A stretch of DNA of 58,161 nt. It comes from Scenedesmus sp. PABB004 (taxonomy: Eukaryota). This document shows positions 1 to 11,013 of this stretch, in pieces. Each line of letters starts with the position of its first letter. The stretch's first letter is position 1. The DNA is taken from assembly GCA_014905635.1 (NCBI GenBank), contig JABVCE010000046.1, positions 62,001 through 120,161 of the forward strand. Direction: 5' to 3'. The notes under the pieces are model-generated. The model was not told where the DNA came from. It did not search any database and worked only from the letters and a program-made list of their open reading frames with translations. A program made the position numbers and the translations under genes.

Positions 1-2086
1 GCAGCCGGTCCGCGTCGAACGCGAGCCCCGGCAGCGCCTGCGGCGACGACGGCGGCGGCGGCGGCGGCAGCAGCAAGCGGGGCGGGGCAGCTCGGCCCCG
101 CGCGCCGCGCGCGCCGCGCCGGCCGTCCCTGCCAGCCCCTGCACGCCCGCGTGCGAGCCCGTGGGGCACCGCATCGCACCGCACCGCACCTGCAGCAGCA
201 GGTGGGCGTCAATGACGTCATGCGCCGCGCCAAAGGCGCCGGCAAACAGGTGGAACAGCGCCAGGCACGCGCTGCGGCGGCGCGGCGGCCGCGCGGCTCG
301 TGGGCGGCTCGTGGGCGGCGCACGCGCCCGCACGGGCACGCGCGGGCCTGCGCCCCGCCGCTGGCGGCGGCGGCGGTGGCGGCGCCAGCGCGCGCGCTCC
401 GCGCGGCCTGGGCCCCACCCCGCACCGCAGCAGCGCCGCGCCGGAGCGCTGCAGGAACGCGACGTCCCACAGCCGGGCGACACACTCAAACGGCATGCCA
501 GCGCTCGCGAGGCCGCCGAGCAGCCAGCCCGGCAGCGGCTGCGCGGGGCACACGCCGAGCGCGGCCAGGTGGGCGCTGAGGCCGGGCAGGTGCTCGCTGA
601 GCAGGTGAGTCACCACGCGCTGGTCAACCTGCGCCGACAGCGGCGCCGCGCGCAGCGGCGGGCTGGCGTGAGCGCGGCCACGGCGCACGGCGCGGCGCGG
701 GCGGCGGCAGGCAGGCGGCGCGCCGCGGGGCCGCGGGCGGGGCGGGGCGGCTGTGGCTCGCCTGCGGCGCGATCATGGCCCCGCTGAAGTATCCAGGCAG
801 CACGTCGTCCGCCAGCGCCAGCAGGCAGCCCAGCGCAGCGCCCTCGGGGCAGGCCGGCGCCGCGCCGCCGGGGCAGCCCCTGCCGCCGTCCCCGGGGCAG
901 GCCGGCGCCGCCAGGCATGCCGCGAGCGCGGCGCGCCCCGCGTCGGCGGCGGCGTCAGGGAAGGGCTGCTGCCGGCCGATGCCGGTCAGCACGAGCAGCA
1001 GCGCGCCAGCAACGTAGTTGAGGCCCTGCAGGGGGCGAGGCGCGGCGCGGTGAGCGAGGAGCGGTGGCGCGGAGTGCGGGCCGCACGCGCGCGGCTGGGG
1101 CGCCGCGCCGACAGCGCAGCGCGGCGCGGCGCAGCGCAGCTGCGCCTGTGCGCGTGCCTGCGTGTAGCCCAGGTGGGGCGCTGCGAGGCAGAAGCAGCTC
1201 AGCAGGCGGTGCAGCGACGCCTGGCCCTCGCACGACGACAGCCTGCGGCGGCGCGCGGCAGGGGCGGCCGGCGCCGGCACGAGGCGTCGTGCGGGCGCCG
1301 GCGCACGCGGGGCGCCGCTCGCACGCGGTGGCGACGGCGCGGCGCAGCGCGGCGCACCACTCGTGCCCCGGGAAGGTGCGGTGGCAGTCCTTGCCGATCT
1401 GGGCGTCCCACGTGCGCGCGTGCGGCCGCCACGCGGCGACCTGCTCCGGCGGCAGGCCCAGCGCCGCCGCCGCGGCCGCGGTCGTGCCGTCGCCGCCGGG
1501 CGCGCTGCTCGGGTCGCCGCCGGCGGCGCAGCACTCCTCCAGCAGCCCTGCGGAGCGGAGGCGGCGGCGCTCGTCAGCCTGTTTCGGGCGCCATACCGAA
1601 AGCTGATCCAGCCCCTTGGGCCCCTGCTGCGGCCAGCGAGCCGGCCGCGGCGCCGCTCTCGCCGCTGTCGCGCCGCTGCTCACGCTGCTGCAGCGCCACC
1701 AGCGTGCCGTAGGGCGGCAGCTCGCGGCCGGTGGCGCTCAGGAACTCGGGCCACGCCACGGGGCGCAGCCCGTTGGGGATGCCGCCGCCGACCAGCTCCG
1801 AAAGCTCCGCGAACAGCTCCGGCGCGTGGCGCTCGCCCAGCGCGAGCAGCCGGCGCAGCACAGCCGCCGTCAGCGCGGGGTCGTCCGCGGGCGCAGCGTC
1901 GGTGCCGCCCAGGCCCAGCTGCGTGGCCGCGAGGGCCAGGAAGTCCGCCCAGCGCCGCGTCTGCGCCGCCTCCCGCGCCAGCCAGAGCGGCTGGTACGTC
2001 GCAAGCAGCTCCGCACCGTCGGCGTTGCCCAGGGGCAGGCCGTACGCGTCGCGGAGCGGCGGCTCGCCGCCCCGCGGCGCCGCCAT
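1..2086 (-). CDS. Rab-GAP TBC-domain protein (multi-exon, 3' end runs off the window)
   Basis: ATG at 2086. Spliced translation gives TBC motifs LVGGGIPNGLRPVAW, QIGKDCHRTFPGH, LHRLL..HLGYTQ|GLNYVAG, LPGYFS..Q|VDQRV, VARLWD. Introns include 1026-1157 and 629-761. Confidence 0.9.
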
Positions 2087-2386
2087 CGAGGGTCGCGCGG
2101 CGGCGCGCCGGTCAGCCGCCCGCGCGCGCTGCGGGCGCTGCTGCGGGCACGTGGCGCGCTGCGGTGTGGGTGGGCTCGAGTGGGCTGCACGGGGCGGGGT
2201 CTGCGCTCACTGCGTGCGTCACAATTCGCGCGGTTCAAGGGCGGCGCGGCGCGCGTGCCGTGATGAAGTGCGCCCGCCTCACCGCTCGCCCGCCGGCCCG
2301 AACAGTCGTGCCACGAATGGGGGGGAAGCATGGGGGGAGTCTTTCTCTCTCCGGCCAACCGGGTGCGAGCACACAGCCTAAGCCAC

Positions 2387-2537
2387 TGCCCCGCGGCGCC
2401 ATCAGGCCGAGAGAGCAAGGGAGCACTTTTCAGGGTGGGTTGAGGGGGGTGCCCCGCGGCGCCATCAGGCCGAGGGAGCACTTTTTAGGGTGGGGTGAGG
2501 GGGGTGCCCCGCGGCGCCATCAGGCCGGGGGAGCACG
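2387..2537. repeat. Three-copy degenerate tandem repeat (55-63 bp period)
   Basis: TGCCCCGCGGCGCCATCAGGCCG starts at 2387, 2450 and 2505. The first two copies are followed by GGGAGCACTTTT..AGGGTGGG.TGAGGGGGG, the third by GGGAGCAC only. Confidence 0.9.
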
Positions 2538-3330
2538 GAGGGGGGTCGGGTCGCAATTGCTGACTGAGCGGTGGGGGGTGTCTTCTGCAGCTGGATCATG
2601 CAGCCCAAGCAAACTCCAACTCAGTGCTCTGCAAGCAAAACAAGCAAGCAGCCCGGTGCGGCGACGCGCTCGGGCTCAGTGATGATGCGTTGTGGTGCGG
2701 CGTGCTGGCTAGGGACCCGCCGCCCACGGGTGCGCGCAGCCCCGTCCTCCCGGCGCCCCCCGATGCAGATGACCGGCTGGGGAGCGGGCGGCGCTGGTCC
2801 GCGCGGCGCCCCAGGCCACACACATGCCACGCCGGCACGCCGGCAGCGCGCTCACACGCTCATCGTGGCGCGCGTGCTCATGCCAGGCGGGGCGTGCAAG
2901 TGTGAACGCGTGAACCAGCAATGCGAGCTAGCGAGGCGCAGTAGAGGCGCAGTGCGTGTGGAGCCCCCCGCGATGCGAGCCGATGCGTGCAGACAGACAG
3001 AGAGGAAGGAGCTGTGTGTGGGTCGCCGCCGGTTGCCCAACGGCAACCGGCGCAGTGCTGCCCTGGCCTGCTGTTCAAAGCCTGACCTGCCGACACCCTC
3101 AATCAACCCTCGAGCGTTGTGAATGCCGCCACGTGCAGTGGTGTGTGGGTGCTGTGGATTGGATGCATTTAATCGGTGCTGTTGTTGATTGGATGCTGAG
3201 ACTGGTACGTGCGGTATGGGTGCTGTGGGTTGGATCCCCTGAATGCTACGTGCGGCCGCCCGCGTGGGGGGCCGCGCTCCGGCTCCAGCTGTGGCGCAGC
3301 GCCAGGGGGCCCGGCGCGCCGCGCGCGCGC

Positions 3331-5991
3331 TCAGCGGCGGCGCGTGTCGCTCCAGCGCTGGCCGGGCGCGTCGGGCGAGCAGGGCGCGAGCTTGAGCGCG
3401 GCGCCCTTCTTGGGCGCCTCCAGGCACAGCCCCGCCGCCGCGAGCGGGCGCAGGCGGCCGAGGCGGTCGTACAGCCAGGCCTGGCTCTCCAGCCCGGGCG
3501 GGGCGCACGTGTCGAGCACAACGCCCGCGCCCGCGACCGCGCCGGCCGGGCTGAGCGCCAGGCAGCGCCCGCCGGTCTGCAGCCTGAAGTCGGCCACCGG
3601 CGCGACGCTCGCGGTCTGCGTGGGCCGGCTCCACTGCTGCCCGCGCTTGGCTGCGCGCGCGCGCGGGGCGGGTGGCGCGGCAGCGCGTCGGCGGCGCGGC
3701 AGGCGCGGCAGCGCGCGCTGCTTGGCGCGGCGCGCGGCGCCGCCTGGCGGCGAGCGGCGGGCGCGGCGCGCGGCTCACTTGCGCTGCAGGCCGCGAGCTG
3801 CGCGGGCGTGCCGGGCGTGGACTTGGAGACCTGGATGCACTTGCTGCCCAGCGCCGACTTGATGGTCCCCGGTGCCACGCGGAACGCGGCTGCGCGCGCA
3901 TGCAGGTGCGGCAGTGGCAGCGCGGCGGCGTCGGCGGGCGCGGCAGCACGCGCGCGGGCACGGGCGCGGGCGCGGGCGCGTGGCGAGCGCGCGCAGGCGC
4001 GGCGCGCCGGTGCGCCGCGCCCGCACCGCACCCGTGTTGCCCCAGACCGTGGCCTTCTGGCCGGGCGCGGTCCCGAAGAGCAGGTCGCGGTTGAAGGCGT
4101 CCAGCGCCGCGTGCACCGTGACGTCGTCGTTGAACCCGCTCGCCACGCCCACGAGCGTCGGCCCCGCGCTGATCGCGCCGCCCTCGGGCCGTCGCCGCTC
4201 GGGGGCCCGCCGTCGGAGGGGGTCGGGATCTCGGCGCCCGCGGGCGCGACGACGAGCGGGCCGCCGCTCTGGCCCTCGCTGACGGCGATGTTGGTCGAGA
4301 TGAAGTAGTCGGTCTGGTCGTCACTGACGTCGTCATGACATGGGTGTTATTTTGTTGTTTTTGGTTGGGGCGGGGCGAGCGGGAAGTAGGAGTGAGCGTG
4401 AGAGGGGTGCGAGGGCGGCGCGCGGCGCGCGGCGCGCGGGCGTGGCGGCGGAGCGCGTGCCCCCGGGGCGGCGGAGCGTGTGCCCCGCGGGGGGGGGGGG
4501 GGGGGGTCGGGGCTCACCAGAGGTCGAGCGGCATAACGTCGCCGGCGGAGCAGACGGGCAGGGGCTGCGTGCCGTCGCCGCGAGCGCGAGCGCGCGCGGG
4601 TACCCGCACGACGCCGCCGCGGACACCCAGCCGCTGCCGCACGCGTAGGCCGTGCCGAGCCACCACGGCGCGGGGGTCGCGAGCGTCGCGACGGCGACGT
4701 CGATGTACGCGGCACCGGGGCCGGGCGCCATGCCGCTGTTGTAGCCCGCGCCGACCCACATCGTCCAGTAGGAGATCGTGGCGATCTCAAACCTGCGTGG
4801 TTGGGCGGTTGGTAGGCGTGGTTGGTGGGTTGATGGGGCGGGTGTGGGATGGCGCACGATAGGGCGGGTGGGCGGGGCGGGCGGGCGGGGCGTGGAGGAG
4901 TGCGCGGGTGGAAAGCGCGCGGCGCGCGCACCTGCCGTACGGCTCGGGCTCGGCCGCCGAGGCGTCGCGGCCGGGCACGGCGGTGAGGTTGGCCTTGAAC
5001 CCCCGGTCCGAGGTGACGAGGCAGTGCGCCGCGGTGACGACGTCGTCGGGGCTGACCAGCGCGCCGGAGCAGGTGCTGGTGTCGCCCTCGTGCGTGGAGA
5101 GCGAGACGAGCGCGGGCAGCCACCCGCTCGACGCGTCCATGTGCTGCCGGTTGTCCGCGACGGCAGCCAGCCGGCGCGCGCCGCCGCCGCCGGCGGCGGC
5201 GCCCCACGCGGCCGCCGCCGCGTCTAGCTTGCCGGGCGTCGCGAGGCCGCGCCGCGCGCCGGCCAGCGCGCCGTGCAGCGCGCCGTGCAGCGCGCCGGCC
5301 TTGACCGTGCGCGCGGAGGCGTAGCGGAAGCGCGACCGCGTGTCCACCAGGTTGCGCGTGATCACGAGGCTGGCGTCGGCCCCCGCCGCGGCGACGAGCT
5401 CGCGCGCGGTCGGCGCGGGCGCGCCGGCGCCGCCGCCCTTGGCGCTGCCCGACGACGACGCGCCGGCCGCGGACGCGCCGGCGGGTCCCGCGGCGTCGAG
5501 GGCGGCGCAGCCAACGAAGACGAGGCCGTCCGGCGCGTGCGCCGCGACGTCGGCCGCGCTCGGCGCGCAGTCAAAGGCCTCGGGGTCGTGGAACGCCGGC
5601 GCGGCGCCCGGCGGTGCAGGCGCGGGCGCGGGCGCTGCGCCCGCTGCGGCCGCGGCGCCGCGCGCTGGCGGCGCCGCCTCGCACGGCCCCGCCGCCGCGA
5701 CGCGCAGGCCCTGGCACGTCGCGAGGCACGCGCTCGCGACCGTCAGCGCCGCGCCGCCGGGGAGCTCGGCGCAGACCGGGTCGACCACGTTGCCGCAGGC
5801 GCCACAGTCTGCGCGCGGCGGGCGGGGCGAGGGTGAGGGGCCGCCGCCCGACGGCCGGCGACCGCCGCAGCGCGCACGCGCGCGCGCGCGCGCCGCCCCC
5901 GCGCACCAGGCGCCGCGGCGGCGTCGCAGGCGGCCGTCACCAGGAGGATGAGCAGCCAGGCGGCGCCACGAAGGGGCAGGGAGGGTGACAT
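3331..5991 (-). CDS. Secreted trypsin-like (glutamyl-endopeptidase-like) serine protease with N-terminal Kazal-like domain and C-terminal ricin-B lectin domain
   Basis: Signal peptide MSPSLPLRGAAWLLILLVTAACDA. Kazal-like CGACGNVVDPVCA..SACLATCQG..GPC. Catalytic triad motifs CSGALVSPDDVVTAAHC, YIDVAV, EGQSGGP. Ricin motifs CIQV..LAAC..QQW, CLAL..C..QAW, CLEA..C..QRW. Stop at 3331. Reading frame is ambiguous near 4575-4600. Confidence 0.85.
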
Positions 5992-6845
5992 GGTGCGCGC
6001 GCGGGGCTTGCCTGCAGAGGCAGCAGAGAGCGCGGGTGAGGCGCGCGCTGCAGTGCTGGGCCGCCGCCGACAGCTCGAGGCGCGCCTCTCGCGCACGATC
6101 CCGCGCTGCGAGCGGCTGGCGCGGCGCGGGCGCGATGTGGGAGGGCCGTGATGCCCACCGGTGGAAGGTCGGTCGCGAGCCGGCGGTGCAGGCTGTGGCC
6201 GCGCCGGGAAGCTTGCAGGAGGTCCCTGCCTTTGCACGCCAGGCGCCGGGGCCTGCAGGCCAGGCACGCCTTGGATATAAAGTGCTGCGCGCTCGCAGCG
6301 CGGCCGTGGGGGCGCGAGGGAGCAAGCTGAGACGTCAGGAGACCCCAGGAGACCGAATGGTGGGGGTGGAGCAGTCGAGCTGAGCGAGAGGGGTGGGAAT
6401 GCAACCTGACGCCGTAGCGTATCGGCGAAGTTCTCACCGCCGCCGCCGCCGTAAACGCCGCGTCAGTTGCAGGGGGCAGCGGGGCGCCTTGCCTGCGGTG
6501 TGGGAAAGAAAATGGTGGATCTCCGTGCGGCGCGGCGGGAGCTGACTGCGCGCCGGCGCCCGCGTCACCGCGACGGCAGCAGCGGGCACGTCTGAGTCGC
6601 ACCGTGCGGCGGCGCAGCCACCACAAAAGCGGCCCCGAGACCTCCCTGCCTCCCAGTGCGGCCGCACGTTCCCGCCTCTCCCACTCAGCGCAGCCGCCGG
6701 CCACAGGGGCGTGCCCGCACGCCCGGGCGCAGCAGCGGCGGCGACGGCGGCACCAGCGGCGGCAGCGCTCGAGCGCGCGCCGCCGCCGCTGCAGCCGGCC
6801 TGTCTAGCCAGCCTTCCCGGCGGCCGGCCCTGCGCGCCCACGGTG

Positions 6846-8663
6846 ATGCGCACCGCCGAGGGGCCGGCCGCGGGCGCGCCAGGGGGGGCCGGCGGCGCCG
6901 AGCGGCAGCATCCAGCGGCGCTGGACGCGGCGCCACGGGACGAGGACACGGCCGGCCTGCTCAACTGGCCGCCCGGCTCGCCCTACCGCTGGGTGGTGCG
7001 AGACAGCGGGTGCGCAGGCACGCCGCGTGGGGGTCCGGCGCGTGCAGCAGCGGGCGTCACCGCGCCGGCCAGGGCGCCGCCCGCGCGCCCAGCGGCCGCC
7101 GCGACCCGGCGCCGCAGGGGCCGCGCCGAGGGCCCCGGCCCCAACGTGTTCTCCGCGGCCAACGTGCGCCTGAACGAGCACGGGGAGCTGGTGCTGCGCG
7201 CGACGGCGGCGCCGTCGCAGCCGCGCGCGCCCGGCGCCGGCGCCAGCGAGCAGCCGGCGCAGCAGCCGGCGCAGGAGCAGCGCGGCGCGTGTGTCTGCGC
7301 CGAGGTGTTCCTGCCGGCCTCGCTCGGGTTTGGCGGCAGCGCGCAGGGCAGCCGCCCGCCGCGGGCGCGGCGGGGGACGGCGCGGCCGCGCACCTGCGCG
7401 CGCCCGCGCCGCCGCGCCGACGCCGTTCGGCCGCGCCCGCGCGCGGCCCCAGGTATGGCGAGTATCGCTTTGTGGTCGCGACCGACCCGTGCAGCGTGAG
7501 CACGGCGCGGCGCAGCCGGGGCGCTGCCCGGCGGCGGCTGCCAGCTCGGCGAGCGCAGCGCGCGCGCCCGCCCGCCGCCCCCTTGCGCGCGCGCGCGCGC
7601 AGCTGCAACCCGCCCTCGTGGCGTCGCCGTTCATTTACGCTGCTGAAGGGCAGGAGTTTGACGTTGAGGTGAGACCCCAGGCTCCCCAGGCACCGCCGAG
7701 CGGCGGCGCGGCGCGGCGCGGCGCGGCGCGAGGCTCGGGCCGCCGCCGCCGCCGCCGCCGCCGGCGCACTCCCGCGCGTACGCGCTGCCGCCCCTGCCCG
7801 CGCTCATCCGCCCCACCGCCGCTGCCGCCGGCGGCGGCGCGCAGTTCACGCGCTGGGGCTGCGCCGGCGACCCTGCCAACGCGCAGTACGCGGTGCAGCC
7901 CTGCACCGCGGAGGGGGCGCTCGAGCGCTTCGCGCTCGCCGGTGGGCGCGGGCAGGCGGCGGCGGCGCGCGCTCAGGCCGCTCGCGTGGCGTGCGCGGGC
8001 ACCCTGGCTCGGCGCGCGGCGCCGCCCTGACCAGCCGCCCGCGGCCTGTGCAGGCCGCTACCGCACGCACGTCATCCGCTGGACCGGCTCCGACAGTGTC
8101 GCGCAGGTGGAGTTTGAGACGCGCGCCCCGAGCGGCCGCGTGCTGCGCGCGTGGCGGGCCCGCGGTGCGCGCGCGCTGCGCAGCGCGGTGCGCTGCGGCG
8201 GCCGCGCGCGCCCCGGGCGCGGCGGGCCGGTCCGCTCACGCCCGCGCGCCGCGCCGGACCCCCCTCCCCAGGCGGCAACAACTTTGCGCCGGGCCCCGAG
8301 CGCGTGCACATCAACCTCTGGCGCTTTGCGGGAGGTGGCGACGACGCGCGCGGCGGCGGCGCCGACGCCGCGGCGCTGCCCGCGGTCACCGAGTTTTGCG
8401 TGGCCGACTTTTGCTTCACGCCCCTGCACGAGCTGCAGGCGCGCCGCCCGCGCGGCGGCTCGGCGCCAGGCGCAGGCGGGCCAGGCTCGCCGCCGTCGCC
8501 ACCGTCGCCGCCCTCGCCACTGTCGGACGAGGGCGACGGATCGCCCGGGCGCCTGGCGGCGCACCGCGCGCGCGTGCGCGCGGCGCAGGCGCGCCGACTG
8601 GCGGAGGTCGCAGGCGCCGAGGGGGGAGCATTGGGGGCTGTCGCGGCCGGCAACGGCGGTTGA
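6846..8663 (+). CDS. Glycoside hydrolase family 16-like protein (multi-exon)
   Basis: Spliced segments WVVRDSG, GPGPNVFSAANVRL..GELVLR, CAEVFL..SLG|YGEYRF, catalytic ExDxE motif EFDVE|FTRWG..NAQYAVQP, HVIRW, PGPERVHINLW. The start codon is uncertain. Confidence 0.75.
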
Positions 8664-9221
8664 ACGGAGGTTAAGTGGCCGCTTCCAGTCAACGGCGCGG
8701 CTCGGCGGCTGGCCGGAAGTCGTCGTTCTGACTTCTCGGCGGCGCACCCCTTCAAAGCCGCGTCGCCGCAACCGATCCGCACCATCTCCCCTGTCCTCGT
8801 AGTAGCGCGCCCGGCCTCCCACGCGCACGCAGGCGGCCACGCGACTCGCGCGAAGGCCAGCGCGCCCCCACCGGTGAGCACCGGCGGCGCGCCGATCGCG
8901 CGCGCTCGCCGAGCTCGCAAACCCGCGCTGCAACTGCAGCGGCAGCGCGCGCGCGCACGCGTCGCGCGAGCAGCAGACGCGGTTGGTCGCTGAGCGCGGC
9001 GCGCCGGCGGTGCATGGGCCTTCCGGGCCGATCGCAACAGCCTCCTGAGATCGCGCCATGGTGTCCTGGCGCGCCGCGGCGCGGTCAGGCGCCGCGCCGC
9101 GCAGGCGGCCGGCAGCGCAGAAGCCGCCGTCAAGCAGCCGCCGGTGACGCTCACGCGCCGCTCGTGCCCGCCCGCCGCCGCCGCCGCGCAGGTCAACCCC
9201 CCTAGCTCCCACCCACTCGAC

Positions 9222-9635
9222 ATGGCCCGCCCCCTCCTCGCCGCGGTCCTGCTGCTCGCCGCGCTCCTCGCGTCGGCGGCCGCCGGCGCCGGCTTTGACG
9301 ACGCCACCGACGCCTGCCTCGCCAAGGTCGAGGCCAAGGCGCGGCGCCAGGCCGTTGCGCTCGCGCGCGAGGCGATCGCGTGCCTCCCCGCAGACGACTG
9401 GGCCGGCCTGGTCAAGAAGCTGCCCACGGCCGCGCCCGACGGCGGCGACGGCGCGGCGGCGGCAGCGGCCGCGGCGGGCCCGGCGGCGAGCGGCAAGTGC
9501 GGCTACCAGTGCGGCCTCTGCATCGCCGCGTGCATGGTCGACCGCCTCCGCGTGTACCCGTCCAAGGTGTGCACCGTCAAGTCCTGCACGCCCAGCTGCA
9601 TCGCCAACCCCCTCTACCGCTGCCCCGCGCCCTGA
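9222..9635 (+). CDS. Small secreted cysteine-rich protein (137 aa, uninterrupted CDS)
   Basis: Signal peptide MARPLLAAVLLLAALLASAAAGA, strong GC3 codon bias, C-terminal 8-Cys domain CGYQCGLCIAAC..C..C..C..C. Confidence 0.85.
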   Translation: MARPLLAAVLLLAALLASAAAGAGFDDATDACLAKVEAKARRQAVALAREAIACLPADDWAGLVKKLPTAAPDGGDGAAAAAAAAGPAASGKCGYQCGLCIAACMVDRLRVYPSKVCTVKSCTPSCIANPLYRCPAP

Positions 9636-11013
9636 GCGGCCCAGGCGCACGGGGCGCGTGCGCGGGCGCGGCGCGCAGGCGCGCTGCGACGCGCGCCGGC
9701 GCCGGCCCGGCCAGCCCGGGGGCGGCGTGGACTCTGAATAACGGCCAAGCCGCCGAGCGGCCCCGCCGCACGCCCGCTGCGCGCGCTCTGCGCGCGCGCT
9801 GCGGCGGGCCCGGCGTGCGCCGCGCGCTGCAGGCACTGCGCGCGGCCCGCACGCCGGCGGCTCGGCACTCTGCTGGTCAAGTTGCTGCGTATATGCGCGC
9901 CGGCAGACAGCCATGTCAGGCCTTGTTGAGTTGCTTTGCTCTTGATGTTCAGTTGCGTGCGCACCTGCAGACAGCCATGTCTATGAAAGGCGACGATGCG
10001 GCCCATAGCACGCACGGGCGGCGGCCACGGCGCCCCCGGCCCCCCGCTGTTGAGCGCGGGGCGCGCGCCGGGGCGCCCGGCGCAGCCGCCCGCCGGCGGC
10101 GGCTCGCGCGAGGCGCGACCTGCTGCCCCCCAGCGGCGCGGCCTGCTGCCCCCAGCGGCGCGGCCTGCTGCCCCTAGCACGGCAGGGTTGTTAGCAGCCG
10201 CAGCGAGGGCGCTGTGGCGGGTCGGGGTGGTCTCGGGGTGGTCTGTCTGCCTAGTGCTGCAGCGCGGGCTGCGGCGGGACGGGTGGACGGCGGGCGTGTG
10301 CGGGCGCGGCCCGAGCTACGACGCTGCGGCCAGCTGGGCACGCCCGATGCACGCACGCTCATAGCACGCCACGCGCAGCACGGCCCCGCGCCTGGGCGAC
10401 CTTGTTTTGCCGTGCCCGGGTGCGTGTGGCCGGGCGGTCCGCCTACATGCATAGCATCTGATACTAGCATCAGCGGCCGCTAGAGAGAGAGAGGGAGGCA
10501 GCGAACAAAGTTCAACGTTCAACGAACGGCGCGTGGGCAGCCAATTCAACCAAGCATTGGCCGATTACTCTTGTGCAGCGCAGGACTCTGTTGTTGACTC
10601 CTCAGCCGGCGAGCTTAACGCGGCTGCGCCCCGACCGGCGCTTCAGCGCGCGGCGCACCGGGAGCAGCGACAACTGGAGCGCGGCCCCTGCTGCCGGTCA
10701 CACCACACAGCCCGAGCTGCAGCACCGACCGCAACCGCGCCGCGCGCGCATCGCCAACGGCGCCCGTGCCCGCCCGCTGCTGCCGGTGCCGCTGCTCGCG
10801 CCGCCGCTCGAGCCGCCCTCGCGGACTCTGCGCGACGCCACCAGGGCGCCGGGCAGCTGCACACGACCGCCCGCGGCCCCGCAGCGCCAGATCAGCGGCG
10901 GAGCAGCGCAGAGTGCGGTCCGCACTCTGCGCGCCGCAGCCGCGCCGCCAGGCTCCGGGGGCGCGGCAGGGGTGCGGTAGGCGCGGCAGGCGTGGTCGTG
11001 GGGCCGGACCGCG

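Noticed and set aside
2387..2537. Possible mini CRISPR array
   Set aside because: The intervening sequences resemble each other, there are only three units, there are no cas genes and the context is eukaryotic.
3140..3245. Three degenerate GTGCTGT..(A/G)TTGGAT motifs
   Set aside because: Short, irregular copies downstream of the protease stop; no supportable function.
4560..4635. Frame break in the protease between GYP and GDGTQPLPVC
   Set aside because: Explained equally by a 1-nt indel in a GC repeat or a short intron; cannot be called biological from sequence alone.
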